DNA of 64,000 nt from Eledone cirrhosa (taxonomy: Eukaryota): positions 398,040,001 through 398,104,000 of the forward strand of contig OZ024741.1 of the NCBI GenBank assembly GCA_964016885.1. Reading direction: 5' to 3'. The translations under genes and the position numbers were made by a program. Below are positions 45,001 to 60,000 of this stretch, piece by piece. The notes beneath the pieces were generated by a model that saw only the letters and a list, made by a program, of their open reading frames with translations, had not been told where the DNA came from and made no database searches. Position 1 is the first letter of the stretch, and every line of letters starts with the position of its first letter.

Positions 45001-48000
45001 TTACTTCCCCTGTCACAACCTATTACATTACAGTTACTTCCCCTGTCACTTCTACTCTCCTCTCACAACCTATTACATTACAGTTACTTACCCTCTCACA
45101 ACTTATTACTTTACAGTTACTTCCCCTGTCACTTCTACTCTCCTCTCACAACCTATTACATTACAGTTACTTCCCCTGTCACTTCTACTCTCCTCTCACA
45201 ACCTATTACATTACAGTTACTTCCCCTGTCACTTCTACTCTCCTCTCACAACCTATTACATTACAGTTACTTCCCCTGTCACTTCTACTCTCCTCTCACA
45301 ACCTATTACTTTACAGTTACTTACCCTGTCACAACCTATTACATTACAGTTACTTCCCCTGTCACTTCTACTCTCCTCTCACAACCTATTACTTTACAGT
45401 TACTTACCCTGTTACAACCTATTACATTACAGTTACTTCCCTTGTCACTTCTACTCTCCTCTCACAACCTATTACTTTACAGTTACTTCCCCTGTCACTT
45501 CTACTCTCCTCTCACAACCTATTAATTTACAGTTACTTACCCTGTCACAACCTATTACATTACAGTTACTTCCCCTGTCACTTCTACTCTCCTCTCACAA
45601 CCTATTACATTACAGTTACTTACCCTGTCACAGCCTATTACATTACAGTTACTTCCCCTGTCACTTCTACTCTCCTCTCACAACCTATTACTTTACAGTT
45701 ACTTCCCCTGTCACTTCTACTCTCCTCTCACAACCTATTACTTTACAGTTACTTACCCTGTCACAAACTATTACATTGCAGTTACTTCCCCTGTCACTTC
45801 TACTCTCCTCTCACAACCTATTACTTTACAGTTACTTCCCCTGTCACTTCTACTCTCCTCTCACAACCTATTACTTTACAGTTACTTACCCTGTCACAGC
45901 CTATTACATTACAGTTACTTACCCTGTCACAACCTATTACATTACAGTTACTTCCCCTGTCACTTCTACTCTCCTCTCACAACCTATTACTTTACAGTTA
46001 CTTCCCCTGTCACTTCTACTCTCCTCTCACAACCTATTACTTTAGAGTTACTTACCCTGTCACAGCCTATTACATTACAGTTAATTACCCTGTCACAACC
46101 TATTACTTTACAGTTACTTCCCCTGTCACTTCTACTCTCCTCTCACAACCTATTACTTTACAGTTACTTACCCTGTCACAACCTATTACATTACAGTCAC
46201 TTCCCCTGTCACTTCTACTCTCCTCTCACAACATATTACTTTACAGTTACTTACCCTGTCACAACCTATTACATTACAGTTACTTCCCCTGTCACTTCTA
46301 CTCTCCTCTCACAACCTATTACTTTACAGTTACTTACCCTGTCACAACCTATTACTTTACAGTTACTTCCCCTGTCACTTCTACTCTCCTCTCACAACCT
46401 ATTACTTTACAGTTACTTACCCTGTCACAACCTATTACATTACAGTTACTTCCCTGTCACTTCTACTCTCCTCTCACAACCTATTACTTTACAGTTACTT
46501 ACCCGGTCACAACCTATTACATTACAGTTACTTCCCCTGTCACTTCTACTCTCCTCTCACAACCTATTACTTTACAGTTACTTACCCTGTCACAACCTAT
46601 TACTTTACAGTTACTTACCCTCTCACAACCTATTACATTACAGTTACTTACCCTGTCACTTCTACTCTCCTCTCACAACCTATTACTTTACAGTTACTTC
46701 CCCTGTCACAACCTATTACTTTACAGTTACTTCCCCTGTCACAACCTATTACATTACAGTTACTTCCCCTGTCACTTCTACTCTCCTCTCACAACCTATT
46801 ACTTTACAATTACTTACCCTGTCACAACCTATTACATTACAGTTACTTCCCCTGTCACTTCTACTCTCCTCTCACAACCTATTACATTACAGTTACTTAC
46901 CCTCTCACAACCTATTACATTACAGTTACTTCCCCTGTCACTTCTACTCTCCTCTCACAACGTAATACATTACAGTTACTTCCCCTGTCACAACCTATTA
47001 CATTATAGTTACTTCCCCTGTCACTTCTACTCTCCTCTCACAACCTATTACTTTACAGTTACTTACCCTGTCACAACCTATTACATTACAGTTACTTCCC
47101 CTGTCACTGCTACTCTCCTCTCACAACCTATTACATTACAGTTACTTCCCCTGTCACAACCTATTACATTACAGTTACTTCCCCTGTCACTTCTACTCTC
47201 CTCTCACAACCTATTACATTACAGTTACTTACCCTCTCACAACTTATTACTTTACAGTTACTTCCCCTGTCACTTCTACTCTCCTCTCACAACCTATTAC
47301 ATTACAGTTACTTCCCCTGTCACTTCTACTCTCCTCTCACAACCTATTACATTACAGTTACTTCCCCTGTCACTTCTACTCTCCTCTCACAACCTATTAC
47401 ATTACAGTTACTTCCCCTGTCACTTCTACTCTCCTCTCACAACCTATTACATTACAGTTACTTACCCTGTCACTTCTACTCTCCTTTCACAACCTATTAC
47501 TTTACAGTTACTTCCCCTGTCACTTCTACTCTCCTCTCACAACCTATTACATTACAGTTACTTCCCCTGTCACTTCTACTCTCCTCTCACAACCTATTAC
47601 TTTACAGTTACTTACCCTGTCACAACCTATTACATTACAGTTACTTCCCCTGTCACTTCTACTCTCCTCTCACAACCTATTACTTTACAGTTACTTACCC
47701 TGTCACAACCTATTACTTTACAGTTACTTACCCTGTCACAACCTATTACTTTACAGTTACTTCCCCTGTCACTTCTACTCTCCTCTCACAACCTATTACA
47801 TTACAGTTACTTACCCTGTCACAACCTATTACATTACAGTTACTTACCCTGTCACTTCTACTCTCCTCTCACAACCTATTACTTTACAGTTACTTACCCT
47901 GTCACTTCTACTCTCCTCTCACAACCTATTACTTTACAGTTACTTCCCCTGTCACTTCTACTCTCCTCTCACAACCTATTACATTACAGTTACTTCCCCT

Positions 48001-51000
48001 GTCACTTCTACTCTCCTCTCACAACCTATTACATTACAGTTACTTCCCCTGTCAATTCTACTCTCCTCTCACAACCTATTACTTTACAGTTACTTCCCCT
48101 GTCACTTCTACTCTCCTCTCACAACCTATTACATTACTGTTACTTCCGCTGTCACTTCTACTCTCCTCTCACAACCTATTACTTTACAGTTACTTCCCCT
48201 GTCACTTCTACTCTCCTCTCACAACCTATTACTTTACAGTTACTTCCCCTGTCACTTCTACTCTCCTCTCACAACCTATTACTTTACACTTACTTACCCT
48301 GTCACTTCTACTCTCCTCTCACAACCTATTACTTTACAGTTACTTACCCTCTCACAACCTATTACTTTACAGTTACTTCCCCTGTCACTTCTACTCTCCT
48401 CTCACAACCTATTACTTTACAGTTACTTACCCTGTCACTTCTACTCTCCTCTCACAACCTAATACATTACAGTTACTTCCCCTGTCACTTCTACTCTCCT
48501 CTCACAACCTATTACATTACAGTTACTTCCCCTGTCACAACCTATTACATTACAGTTACTTCCCCTGTCACTTCTACTCTCCTCTCACAACCTATTACAT
48601 TACAGTTACTTACCCTCTCACAACTTATTACTTTACAGTTACTTCCCCTGTCACTTCTACTCTCCTCTCACAACCTATTACATTACAGTTACTTCCCCTG
48701 TCACTTCTACTCTCCTCTCACAACCTATTACTTTACAGTTACTTCCCCTGTCACAACCTATTACATTACAGTTACTTCCCCTGTCACTTCTACTCTCCTC
48801 TCACAACGTAATACATTACAGTTACTTCCCCTGTCACAACCTATTACATTATAGTTACTTCCCCTGTCACTTCTACTCTCCTCTCACAACCTATTACTTT
48901 ACAGTTACTTACCCTGTCACAACCTATTACATTACAGTTACTTCCCCTGTCACAACCTATTACATTACAGTTACTTCCCCTGTCACTTCTACTCTCCTCT
49001 CACAACCTATTACATTACAGTTACTTACCCTCTCACAACTTATTACTTTACAGTTACTTCCCCTGTCACTTCTACTCTCCTCTCACAACCTATTACATTA
49101 CAGTTACTTCCCCTGTCACTTCTACTCTCCTCTCACAACCTATTACATTACAGTTACTTCCCCTGTCACTTCTACTCTCCTCTCACAACCTATTACATTA
49201 CAGTTACTTCCCCTGTCACTTCTACTCTCCTCTCACAACCTATTACTTTACAGTTACTTACCCTGTCACAACCTATTACATTACAGTTACTTCCCCTGTC
49301 ACTTCTACTCTCCTCTCACAACCTATTACTTTACAGTTACTTACCCTGTTACAACCTATTACATTACAGTTACTTCCCTTGTCACTTCTACTCTCCTCTC
49401 ACAACCTATTACTTTACAGTTACTTCCCCTGTCACTTCTACTCTCCTCTCACAACCTATTAATTTACAGTTACTTACCCTGTCACAACCTATTACATTAC
49501 AGTTACTTCCCCTGTCACTTCTACTCTCCTCTCACAACCTATTACATTACAGTTACTTACCCTGTCACAGCCTATTACATTACAGTTACTTCCCCTGTCA
49601 CTTCTACTCTCCTCTCACAACCTATTACTTTACAGTTACTTCCCCTGTCACTTCTACTCTCCTCTCACAACCTATTACTTTACAGTTACTTACCCTGTCA
49701 CAAACTATTACATTGCAGTTACTTCCCCTGTCACTTCTACTCTCCTCTCACAACCTATTACTTTACAGTTACTTCCCCTGTCACTTCTACTCTCCTCTCA
49801 CAACCTATTACTTTACAGTTACTTACCCTGTCACAGCCTATTACATTACAGTTACTTACCCTGTCACAACCTATTACATTACAGTTACTTCCCCTGTCAC
49901 TTCTACTCTCCTCTCACAACCTATTACTTTACAGTTACTTCCCCTGTCACTTCTACTCTCCTCTCACAACCTATTACTTTAGAGTTACTTACCCTGTCAC
50001 AGCCTATTACATTACAGTTAATTACCCTGTCACAACCTATTACTTTACAGTTACTTCCCCTGTCACTTCTACTCTCCTCTCACAACCTATTACTTTACAG
50101 TTACTTACCCTGTCACAACCTATTACATTACAGTCACTTCCCCTGTCACTTCTACTCTCCTCTCACAACATATTACTTTACAGTTACTTACCCTGTCACA
50201 ACCTATTACATTACAGTTACTTCCCCTGTCACTTCTACTCTCCTCTCACAACCTATTACTTTACAGTTACTTACCCTGTCACAACCTATTACTTTACAGT
50301 TACTTCCCCTGTCACTTCTACTCTCCTCTCACAACCTATTACTTTACAGTTACTTACCCTGTCACAACCTATTACATTACAGTTACTTCCCTGTCACTTC
50401 TACTCTCCTCTCACAACCTATTACTTTACAGTTACTTACCCGGTCACAACCTATTACATTACAGTTACTTCCCCTGTCACTTCTACTCTCCTCTCACAAC
50501 CTATTACTTTACAGTTACTTACCCTGTCACAACCTATTACTTTACAGTTACTTACCCTCTCACAACCTATTACATTACAGTTACTTACCCTGTCACTTCT
50601 ACTCTCCTCTCACAACCTATTACTTTACAGTTACTTCCCCTGTCACAACCTATTACTTTACAGTTACTTCCCCTGTCACAACCTATTACATTACAGTTAC
50701 TTCCCCTGTCACTTCTACTCTCCTCTCACAACCTATTACTTTACAATTACTTACCCTGTCACAACCTATTACATTACAGTTACTTCCCCTGTCACTTCTA
50801 CTCTCCTCTCACAACCTATTACATTACAGTTACTTACCCTCTCACAACCTATTACATTACAGTTACTTCCCCTGTCACTTCTACTCTCCTCTCACAACCT
50901 ATTACTTTACAGTTACTTCCCCTGTCACAACCTATTACATTACAGTTACTTCCCCTGTCACTTCTACTCTCCTCTCACAACGTAATACATTACAGTTACT
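33500..51000. repeat. Five near-identical copies of a ~1.2-2-kb marker block at 3-4.3 kb spacing
   Basis: AAACTATTACATTGCAG with TTG at 34652, 38470, 41507, 45776 and 49713, and TACCCGG with G at 35381, 39199, 42236, 46505 and 50442. Both markers give identical offsets of 3818, 3037, 4269 and 3937. Confidence 0.9.
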
Positions 51001-54000
51001 TCCCCTGTCACAACCTATTACATTATAGTTACTTCCCCTGTCACTTCTACTCTCCTCTCACAACCTATTACTTTACAGTTACTTACCCTGTCACAACCTA
51101 TTACATTACAGTTACTTCCCCTGTCACTGCTACTCTCCTCTCACAACCTATTACATTACAGTTACTTCCCCTGTCACAACCTATTACATTACAGTTACTT
51201 CCCCTGTCACTTCTACTCTCCTCTCACAACCTATTACATTACAGTTACTTACCCTCTCACAACTTATTACTTTACAGTTACTTCCCCTGTCACTTCTACT
51301 CTCCTCTCACAACCTATTACATTACAGTTACTTCCCCTGTCACTTCTACTCTCCTCTCACAACCTATTACATTACAGTTACTTCCCCTGTCACTTCTACT
51401 CTCCTCTCACAACCTATTACATTACAGTTACTTCCCCTGTCACTTCTACTCTCCTCTCACAACCTATTACATTACAGTTACTTACCCTGTCACTTCTACT
51501 CTCCTTTCACAACCTATTACTTTACAGTTACTTCCCCTGTCACTTCTACTCTCCTCTCACAACCTATTACATTACAGTTACTTCCCCTGTCACTTCTACT
51601 CTCCTCTCACAACCTATTACATTACAGTTACTTCCCCTGTCACTTCTACTCTCCTCTCACAACCTATTACTTTACAGTTACTTACCCTGTCACAACCTAT
51701 TACATTACAGTTACTTCCCCTGTCACTTCTACTCTCCTCTCACAACCTATTACTTTACAGTTACTTACCCTGTCACAACCTATTACTTTACAGTTACTTA
51801 CCCTGTCACAACCTATTACTTTACAGTTACTTCCCCTGTCACTTCTACTCTCCTCTCACAACCTATTACATTACAGTTACTTACCCTGTCACAACCTATT
51901 ACATTACAGTTACTTACCCTGTCACTTCTACTCTCCTCTCACAACCTATTACTTTACAGTTACTTACCCTGTCACTTCTACTCTCCTCTCACAACCTATT
52001 ACTTTACAGTTACTTCCCCTGTCACTTCTACTCTCCTCTCACAACCTATTACATTACAGTTACTTCCCCTGTCACTTCTACTCTCCTCTCACAACCTATT
52101 ACATTACAGTTACTTCCCCTGTCAATTCTACTCTCCTCTCACAACCTATTACTTTACAGTTACTTCCCCTGTCACTTCTACTCTCCTCTCACAACCTATT
52201 ACATTACTGTTACTTCCGCTGTCACTTCTACTCTCCTCTCACAACCTATTACTTTACAGTTACTTCCCCTGTCACTTCTACTCTCCTCTCACAACCTATT
52301 ACTTTACAGTTACTTCCCCTGTCACTTCTACTCTCCTCTCACAACCTATTACTTTACACTTACTTACCCTGTCACTTCTACTCTCCTCTCACAACCTATT
52401 ACTTTACAGTTACTTACCCTCTCACAACCTATTACTTTACAGTTACTTCCCCTGTCACTTCTACTCTCCTCTCACAACCTATTACTTTACAGTTACTTAC
52501 CCTGTCACTTCTACTCTCCTCTCACAACCTAATACATTACAGTTACTTCCCCTGTCACTTCTACTCTCCTCTCACAACCTATTACATTACAGTTACTTCC
52601 CCTGTCACAACCTATTACATTACAGTTACTTCCCCTGTCACTTCTACTCTCCTCTCACAACCTATTACATTACAGTTACTTACCCTCTCACAACTTATTA
52701 CTTTACAGTTACTTCCCCTGTCACTTCTACTCTCCTCTCACAACCTATTACATTACAGTTACTTCCCCTGTCACTTCTACTCTCCTCTCACAACCTATTA
52801 CTTTACAGTTACTTCCCCTGTCACAACCTATTACATTACAGTTACTTCCCCTGTCACTTCTACTCTCCTCTCACAACGTAATACATTACAGTTACTTCCC
52901 CTGTCACAACCTATTACATTATAGTTACTTCCCCTGTCACTTCTACTCTCCTCTCACAACCTATTACTTTACAGTTACTTACCCTGTCACAACCTATTAC
53001 ATTACAGTTACTTCCCCTGTTACAACCTATTACATTACAGTTACTTCCCCTGTCACTTCTACTCTCCTCTCACAACCTATTACATTACAGTTACTTACCC
53101 TCTCACAACTTATTACTTTACAGTTACTTCCCCTGTCACTTCTACTCTCCTCTCACAACCTATTACATTACAGTTACTTCCCCTGTCACTTCTACTCTCC
53201 TCTCACAACCTATTACATTACAGTTACTTCCCCTGTCACTTCTACTCTCCTCTCACAACCTATTACATTACAGTTACTTCCCCTGTCACTTCTACTCTCC
53301 TCTCACAACCTATTACATTACAGTTACTTACCCTGTCACTTCTACTCTCCTTTCACAACCTATTACTTTACAGTTACTTCCCCTGTCACTTCTACTCTCC
53401 TCTCACAACCTATTACATTACAGTTACTTCCCCTGTCACTTCTACTCTCCTCTCACAACCTATTACATTACAGTTACTTCCCCTGTCACTTCTACTCTCC
53501 TCTCACAACCTATTACTTTACAGTTACTTACCCTGTCACAACCTATTACATTACAGTTACTTCCCCTGTCACTTCTACTCTCCTCTCACAACCTATTACT
53601 TTACAGTTACTTACCCTGTCACAACCTATTACTTTACAGTTACTTACCCTGTCACAACCTATTACTTTACAGTTACTTCCCCTGTCACTTCTACTCTCCT
53701 CTCACAACCTATTACATTACAGTTACTTACCCTGTCACAACCTATTACATTACAGTTACTTACCCTGTCACTTCTACTCTCCTCTCACAACCTATTACTT
53801 TTCAGTTACTTACCCTGTCACTTCTACTCTCCTCTCACAACCTATTACTTTACAGTTACTTCCCCTGTCACTTCTACTCTCCTCTCACAACCTATTACAT
53901 TACAGTTACTTCCCCTGTCACTTCTACTCTCCTCTCACAACCTATTACATTACAGTTACTTCCCCTGTCAATTCTACTCTCCTCTCACAACCTATTACTT

Positions 54001-57000
54001 TACAGTTACTTCCCCTGTCACTTCTACTCTCCTCTCACAACCTATTACATTACTGTTACTTCCCCTGTCATTTCTACTCTCCTCTCACAACCTATTACTT
54101 TACAGTTACTTCCCCTGTCACTTCTACTCTCCTCTCACAACCTATTACTTTACAGTTACTTCCCCTGTCACTTCTACTCTCCTCTCACAACCTATTACTT
54201 TACACTTACTTACCCTGTCACTTCTACTCTCCTCTCACAACCTATTACTTTACAGTTACTTACCCTCTCACAACCTATTACTTTACAGTTACTTCCCCTG
54301 TCACTTCTACTCTCCTCTCACAACCTATTACTTTACAGTTACTTACCCTGTCACTTCTACTCTCCTCTCACAACCTAATACATTACAGTTACTTCCCCTG
54401 TCACTTCTACTCTCCTCTCACAACCTATTACATTACAGTTACTTCCCCTGTCACAACCTATTACTTTACAGTTACTTCCCCTGTCACTTCTACTCTCCTC
54501 TCACAACCTATTACATTACAGTTACTTCCCCTGTCACAACCTATTACTTTACAGTTACTTACCCTGTCACTTCTACTCTCCTCTCACAACCTATTACATT
54601 ACAGTTACTTACCCTCTCACAACCTAATACATTACAGTTACTTCCCCTGTCACTTCTACTCTCCTCTCACAACCTATTACTTTACAGTTACTTCCCCTGT
54701 CACTTCTACTCTCCTCTCACAACCTATTACTTCACAGTTACTTACCCTGTCACTTCTACTCTCCTCTCACAACCTATTACATTACAGTTACTTCCCCTGT
54801 CATAACCTATTACTTTACAGTTACTTCCCCTGTCACTTCTACTCTCCTCTCACAACCTATTACTTTACACTTACTTCCCATGTCACTTCTACTCTCCTCT
54901 CACAACCTATTACATTACAGTTACTTCCCCTGTCACAACCTATTACTTTACAGTTACTTCCCCTGTCACTTCTACTCTCCTCTCACAACCTATTACTTTA
55001 CAGTTACTTCCCCTGTCACTTCTACTCTCCTCTCACAACCTATTACATTACAGTTACTTCCCCTGTCACAACCTATTACTTTACAGTTACTTCCCCTGTC
55101 ACTTCTACTCTCCTCTCACAACCTATTACTTTACAGTTACTTCCCCTGTCACTTCTACTCTCCTCTCACAACCTATTACTTTACAGTTACTTCCCCTGTC
55201 ACTTTACTCTCCTCTCACAACCTATTACATTACAGTTACTTACCCTGTCAAAACCTATTACATTACAGTTACTTCCCCTGTCACTTCTACTCTCCTCTCA
55301 CAACCTATTACTTTACAGTTACTTCCCCTGTCACTTCTACTCTCCTCTCACAACCTATTACATTACAGTTACTTCCCCTGTCACAACCTATTACTTTACA
55401 GTTACTTCCCCTGTCACTTCTACTCTCCTCTCACAACCTATTACTTTACACTTACTTCCCCTGTCACTTCTACTCTCCTCTCACAACCTATTACATTACA
55501 GTTACTTCCCCTGTCACAACCTATTACTTTACAGTTACTTCCCCTGTCACTTCTACTCTCCTCTCACAACCTATTACTTTACAGTTACTTCCCCTGTCAC
55601 TTCTACTCTCCTCTCACAACCTATTACATTACAGTTACTTCCCCTGTCACAACCTATTACTTTACAGTTACTTCCCCTGTCACTTCTACTCTCCTCTCAC
55701 AACCTATTACTTTACAGTTACTTCCCCTGTCACTTCTACTCTCCTCTCACAACCTATTACTTTACAGTTACTTCCCCTGTCACTTTACTCTCCTCTCACA
55801 ACCTATTACATTACAGTTACTTACCCTGTGAAAACCTATTACATTATAGTTACTTCCCCTGTCACTTCTACTCTCCTCTCACAACCTATTACTTTACAGT
55901 TACTTCCCCTGTCACTTCTACTCTCCTCTCACAACCTATTACATTACAGTTACTTACCCTGTCACAACCTATTACATTACAGTTACTTCCCATGTCACTT
56001 CTACTCTCCTCTCACAACCTATTACATTACAGTTACTTCCCCTGTCACTTCTACTCTCCTCTCACAACCTATTACATTACAGTTACTTCCCCTGTCACTT
56101 CTACTCTCCTCTCACAACCTATTACTTTACAGTTACTTACCCTGTCACAACCTATTACATTACAGTTACTTCCCCTGTCACTTCTACTCTCCTCTCACAA
56201 CCTATTACATTACAGTTACTTCCCCTGTCACTTCTACTCTCCTCTCACAACCTATTACATTACAGTTACTTCCCCTGTCACTTCTACTCTCCTCTCACAA
56301 CCTCTTACATTACAGTTACTTCCCCTGTCACTTCTACTCTCCTCTCACAACCTATTACTTTACAGTTACTTACCCTGTCACAACCTATTACATTAGAGTT
56401 ACTTCCCCTGTCACTTCTACTCTCCTCTCACAACCTAATACATTACAGTTACTTACCCTGTCACTTCTACTCTCCTCTCACAACCCAATACATTACAGTT
56501 ACTTACCCTGTCACTTCTACTCTCCTCTCACAACCTATTACTTTACAGTTACTTACCCTGTCACTTCTACTCTCCTCTCACAACCTATTACTTTACAGTT
56601 ACTTACCCTGTCACTTCTACTCTCCTCTCACAACCTATTACTTTACAGTTACTTCCCCTGTCACTTCTACTCTCCTCTCACAACCTATTACATTACAGTT
56701 ACTTCCCCTGTCACTTCTACTCTCCTCTCACAACCTATTACTTTACAGTTACTTCCCCTGTCACAACCTATTACATTACAGTTACTTCCCCTGTCACTTC
56801 TACTCTCCTGTCACAACCTATTACATTACAGTTACTTACCCTGTCACTTCTACTCTCCTCTCACAACCTATTACTTTACAGTTACTTACCCTGTCACAAC
56901 CTATTACATTACAGTTACTTACCCTGTCACTTCTACTCCCCTCTCACAACCTATTACTTTACAGTTACTTCCCCTGTCACAACCTATTACATTACAGTTA

Positions 57001-60000
57001 CTTCCCCTGTCACTTCTACTCTCCTCTCACAACCTATTACTTTACAGTTACTTCCCCTGTCACAACCTATTACATTACAGTTACTTACCCTGTAACTTCT
57101 ACTCTCCTCTCACAACCTATTACTTTACAGTTACTTCCCCTCTCACAACCTATTACATTACAGTTACTTCCCCTGTCACTTCTACTCTCCTCTCACAACC
57201 TAATACATTACAGTTACTTACCCTGTCACAACCTATTACATTACAGTTACTTACCCTGTCACAACCTATTACTTTACAGTTACTTCCCCTGTCACTTCTA
57301 CTCTCCTCTCACAACCTATTACTTTACAGTTACTTCCCCTGTCACTTCTACTCTCCTCTCACAACCTATTACTTTACAGTTACTTCCCCTGTCACTTCTA
57401 CTCTCCTCTCACAACCTATTACTTTACAGTTACTTCCCCTGTCACTTTACTCTCCTCTCACAACCTATTACATTACAGTTACTTACCCTGTCAAAACCTA
57501 TTACATTACAGTTACTTCCCCTGTCACTTCTACTCTCCTCTCACAACCTATTACATTACAGTTACGTACCCTGTCACAACCTATTACATTACAGTTACTT
57601 CCCCTGTCACTTCTACTCTCCTCTCACAACCTATTACTTTACAGTTACTTCCCCTGTCACTTCTACTCTCCTCTCACAACCTATTACTTTACAGTTACTT
57701 ACCCTGTCACAACCTATTACATTACAGTTACTTCCCATGTCACTTCTACTCTCCTCTCACAACCTATTACATTACAGTTACTTCCCCTGTCACTTCTACT
57801 CTCCTCTCACAACCTATTACATTACAGTTACTTCCCCTGTCACTTCTACTCTCCTCTCACAACCTATTACTTTACAGTTACTTACCCTGTCACAACCTAT
57901 TACATTACAGTTACTTCCCCTGTCACTTCTACTCTCCTCTCACAACCTATTACATTACAGTTACTTCCCCTGTCACTTCTACTCTCCTCTCACAACCTAT
58001 TACATTACAGTTACTTCCCCTGTCACTTCTACTCTCCTCTCACAACCTATTACATTACAGTTACTTCCCCTGTCACTTCTACTCTCCTCTCACAACCTAT
58101 TACTTTACAGTTACTTACCCTGTCACAACCTATTACATTACAGTTACTTCCCCTGTCACTTCTACTCTCCTCTCACAACCTAATACATTACAGTTACTTA
58201 CCCTGTCACTTCTACTCTCCTCTCACAACCTATTACTTTACAGTTACTTCCCCTGTCACTTCTACTCTCCTCTCACAACCTATTACATTACAGTTACTTC
58301 CCCTGTCACTTCTACTCTCCTCTCACAACCTATTACATTACAGTTACTTCCCCTGTCACTTCTACTCTCCTCTCACAACCTATTACATTACAGTTACTTC
58401 CCCTGTCACTTCTACTCTCCTCTCACAACCTATTACTTTACAGTTACTTACCCTGTCACAACCTATTACATTACAGTTACTTCCCCTGTCACTTCTACTC
58501 TCCTCTCACAACCTAATACATTACAGTTACTTACCCTGTCACTTCTACTCTCCTCTCACAACCTATTACTTTACAGTTACTTACCCTGTCACTTCTACTC
58601 TCCTCTCACAACCTATTACATTACAGTTACTTCCCCTGTCACTTCTACTCTCCTCTCACAACCTATTACTTTACAGTTACTTCCCCTGTCACAACCTATT
58701 ACATTACAGTTACTTCCCCTGTCACTTCTACTCTCCTGTCACAACCTATTACATTACAGTTACTTACCCTGTCACTTCTACTCTCCTCTCACAACCTATT
58801 ACTTTACAGTTACTTCCCCTGTCACAACCTATTACATTACAGTTACTTACCCTGTCACTTCTACTCTCCTCTCACAACCTATTACTTTACAGTTACTTCC
58901 CCTCTCACAACCTATTACATTACAGTTACTTCCGCTGTCACTTCTACTCTCCTCTCACAACCTATTACTTTACAGTTACTTTCCCTGTCACAACCTATTA
59001 CATTACAGTTACTTACCCTGTCACTTCTACTCTCCTCTCACAACCTATTACTTTACAGTTACTTCCCCTGTCACAACCTATTACATTACAGTTACTTCCC
59101 CTGTCACTTCTACTCTCCTCTCACAACCTAATACATTACAGTTACTTACCCTGTCACAACCTATTACATTACAGTTACTTCCCCTGTCACTTCTACTCTC
59201 CTCTCACAACCTAATACATTACAGTTACTTCCCCTGTCACAACCTATTACATTACAGTTACTTCCCCTGTCACTTCTACTCTCCTCTCACAACCTAATAC
59301 ATTACAGTTACTTTCCCTGTCACTACCTATTACATTACAGTTACTTCCCCTGTCACTTCTACTCTCCTCTCACAACCTAATACATTACAGTTACTTGCCC
59401 TGTCACAACCTATTACATTACAGTTACTTCCCCTGTCACTTCTACTCTCCTCTCACAACCTAATACATTACAGTTACTTACCCTGTCACAACCTATTACT
59501 TTACAGTTACTTCCCCTGTCACTTCTACTCTCCTCTCACAACCTATTACTTTACAGTTACTTCCCCTGTCACAACCTATTACATTACAGTTACTTCCCCT
59601 GTCACTTCTACTCTCCTCTCACAACCTATTACATTACAGTTACTTCCCCTGTCACAACCTATTACATTACAGTTACTTCCCCTGTCACTTCTACTCTCCT
59701 CTCACAACCTAATACATTACAGTTACTTCCCCTGTCACAACCTATTACATTATAGTTACTTCCCCTGTCACTTCTACTCTCCTCTCACAACCTATTACTT
59801 TACAGTTACTTACCCTGTCACAACCTATTACATTACAGTTACTTCCCCTGTCACTTCTACTCTCCTCTCACAACCTATTACATTACAGTTACTTCCCCTG
59901 TCACAACCTATTACATTACAGTTACTTCCCCTGCCACTTCTACTGTCCTCTCAACCTATTACATTACAGTTACTTACCCTCTCACAACTTATTACTTTAC

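Noticed and set aside
54880-59214. Mucin-like or adhesin-like Thr/Ser/Pro-rich repeat protein
   Set aside because: The T/S/P-rich frame lasts only until the next 50-mer shifts the frame. There is no signal peptide or unique domain, and 1-bp deletions are tolerated inside the ORF.
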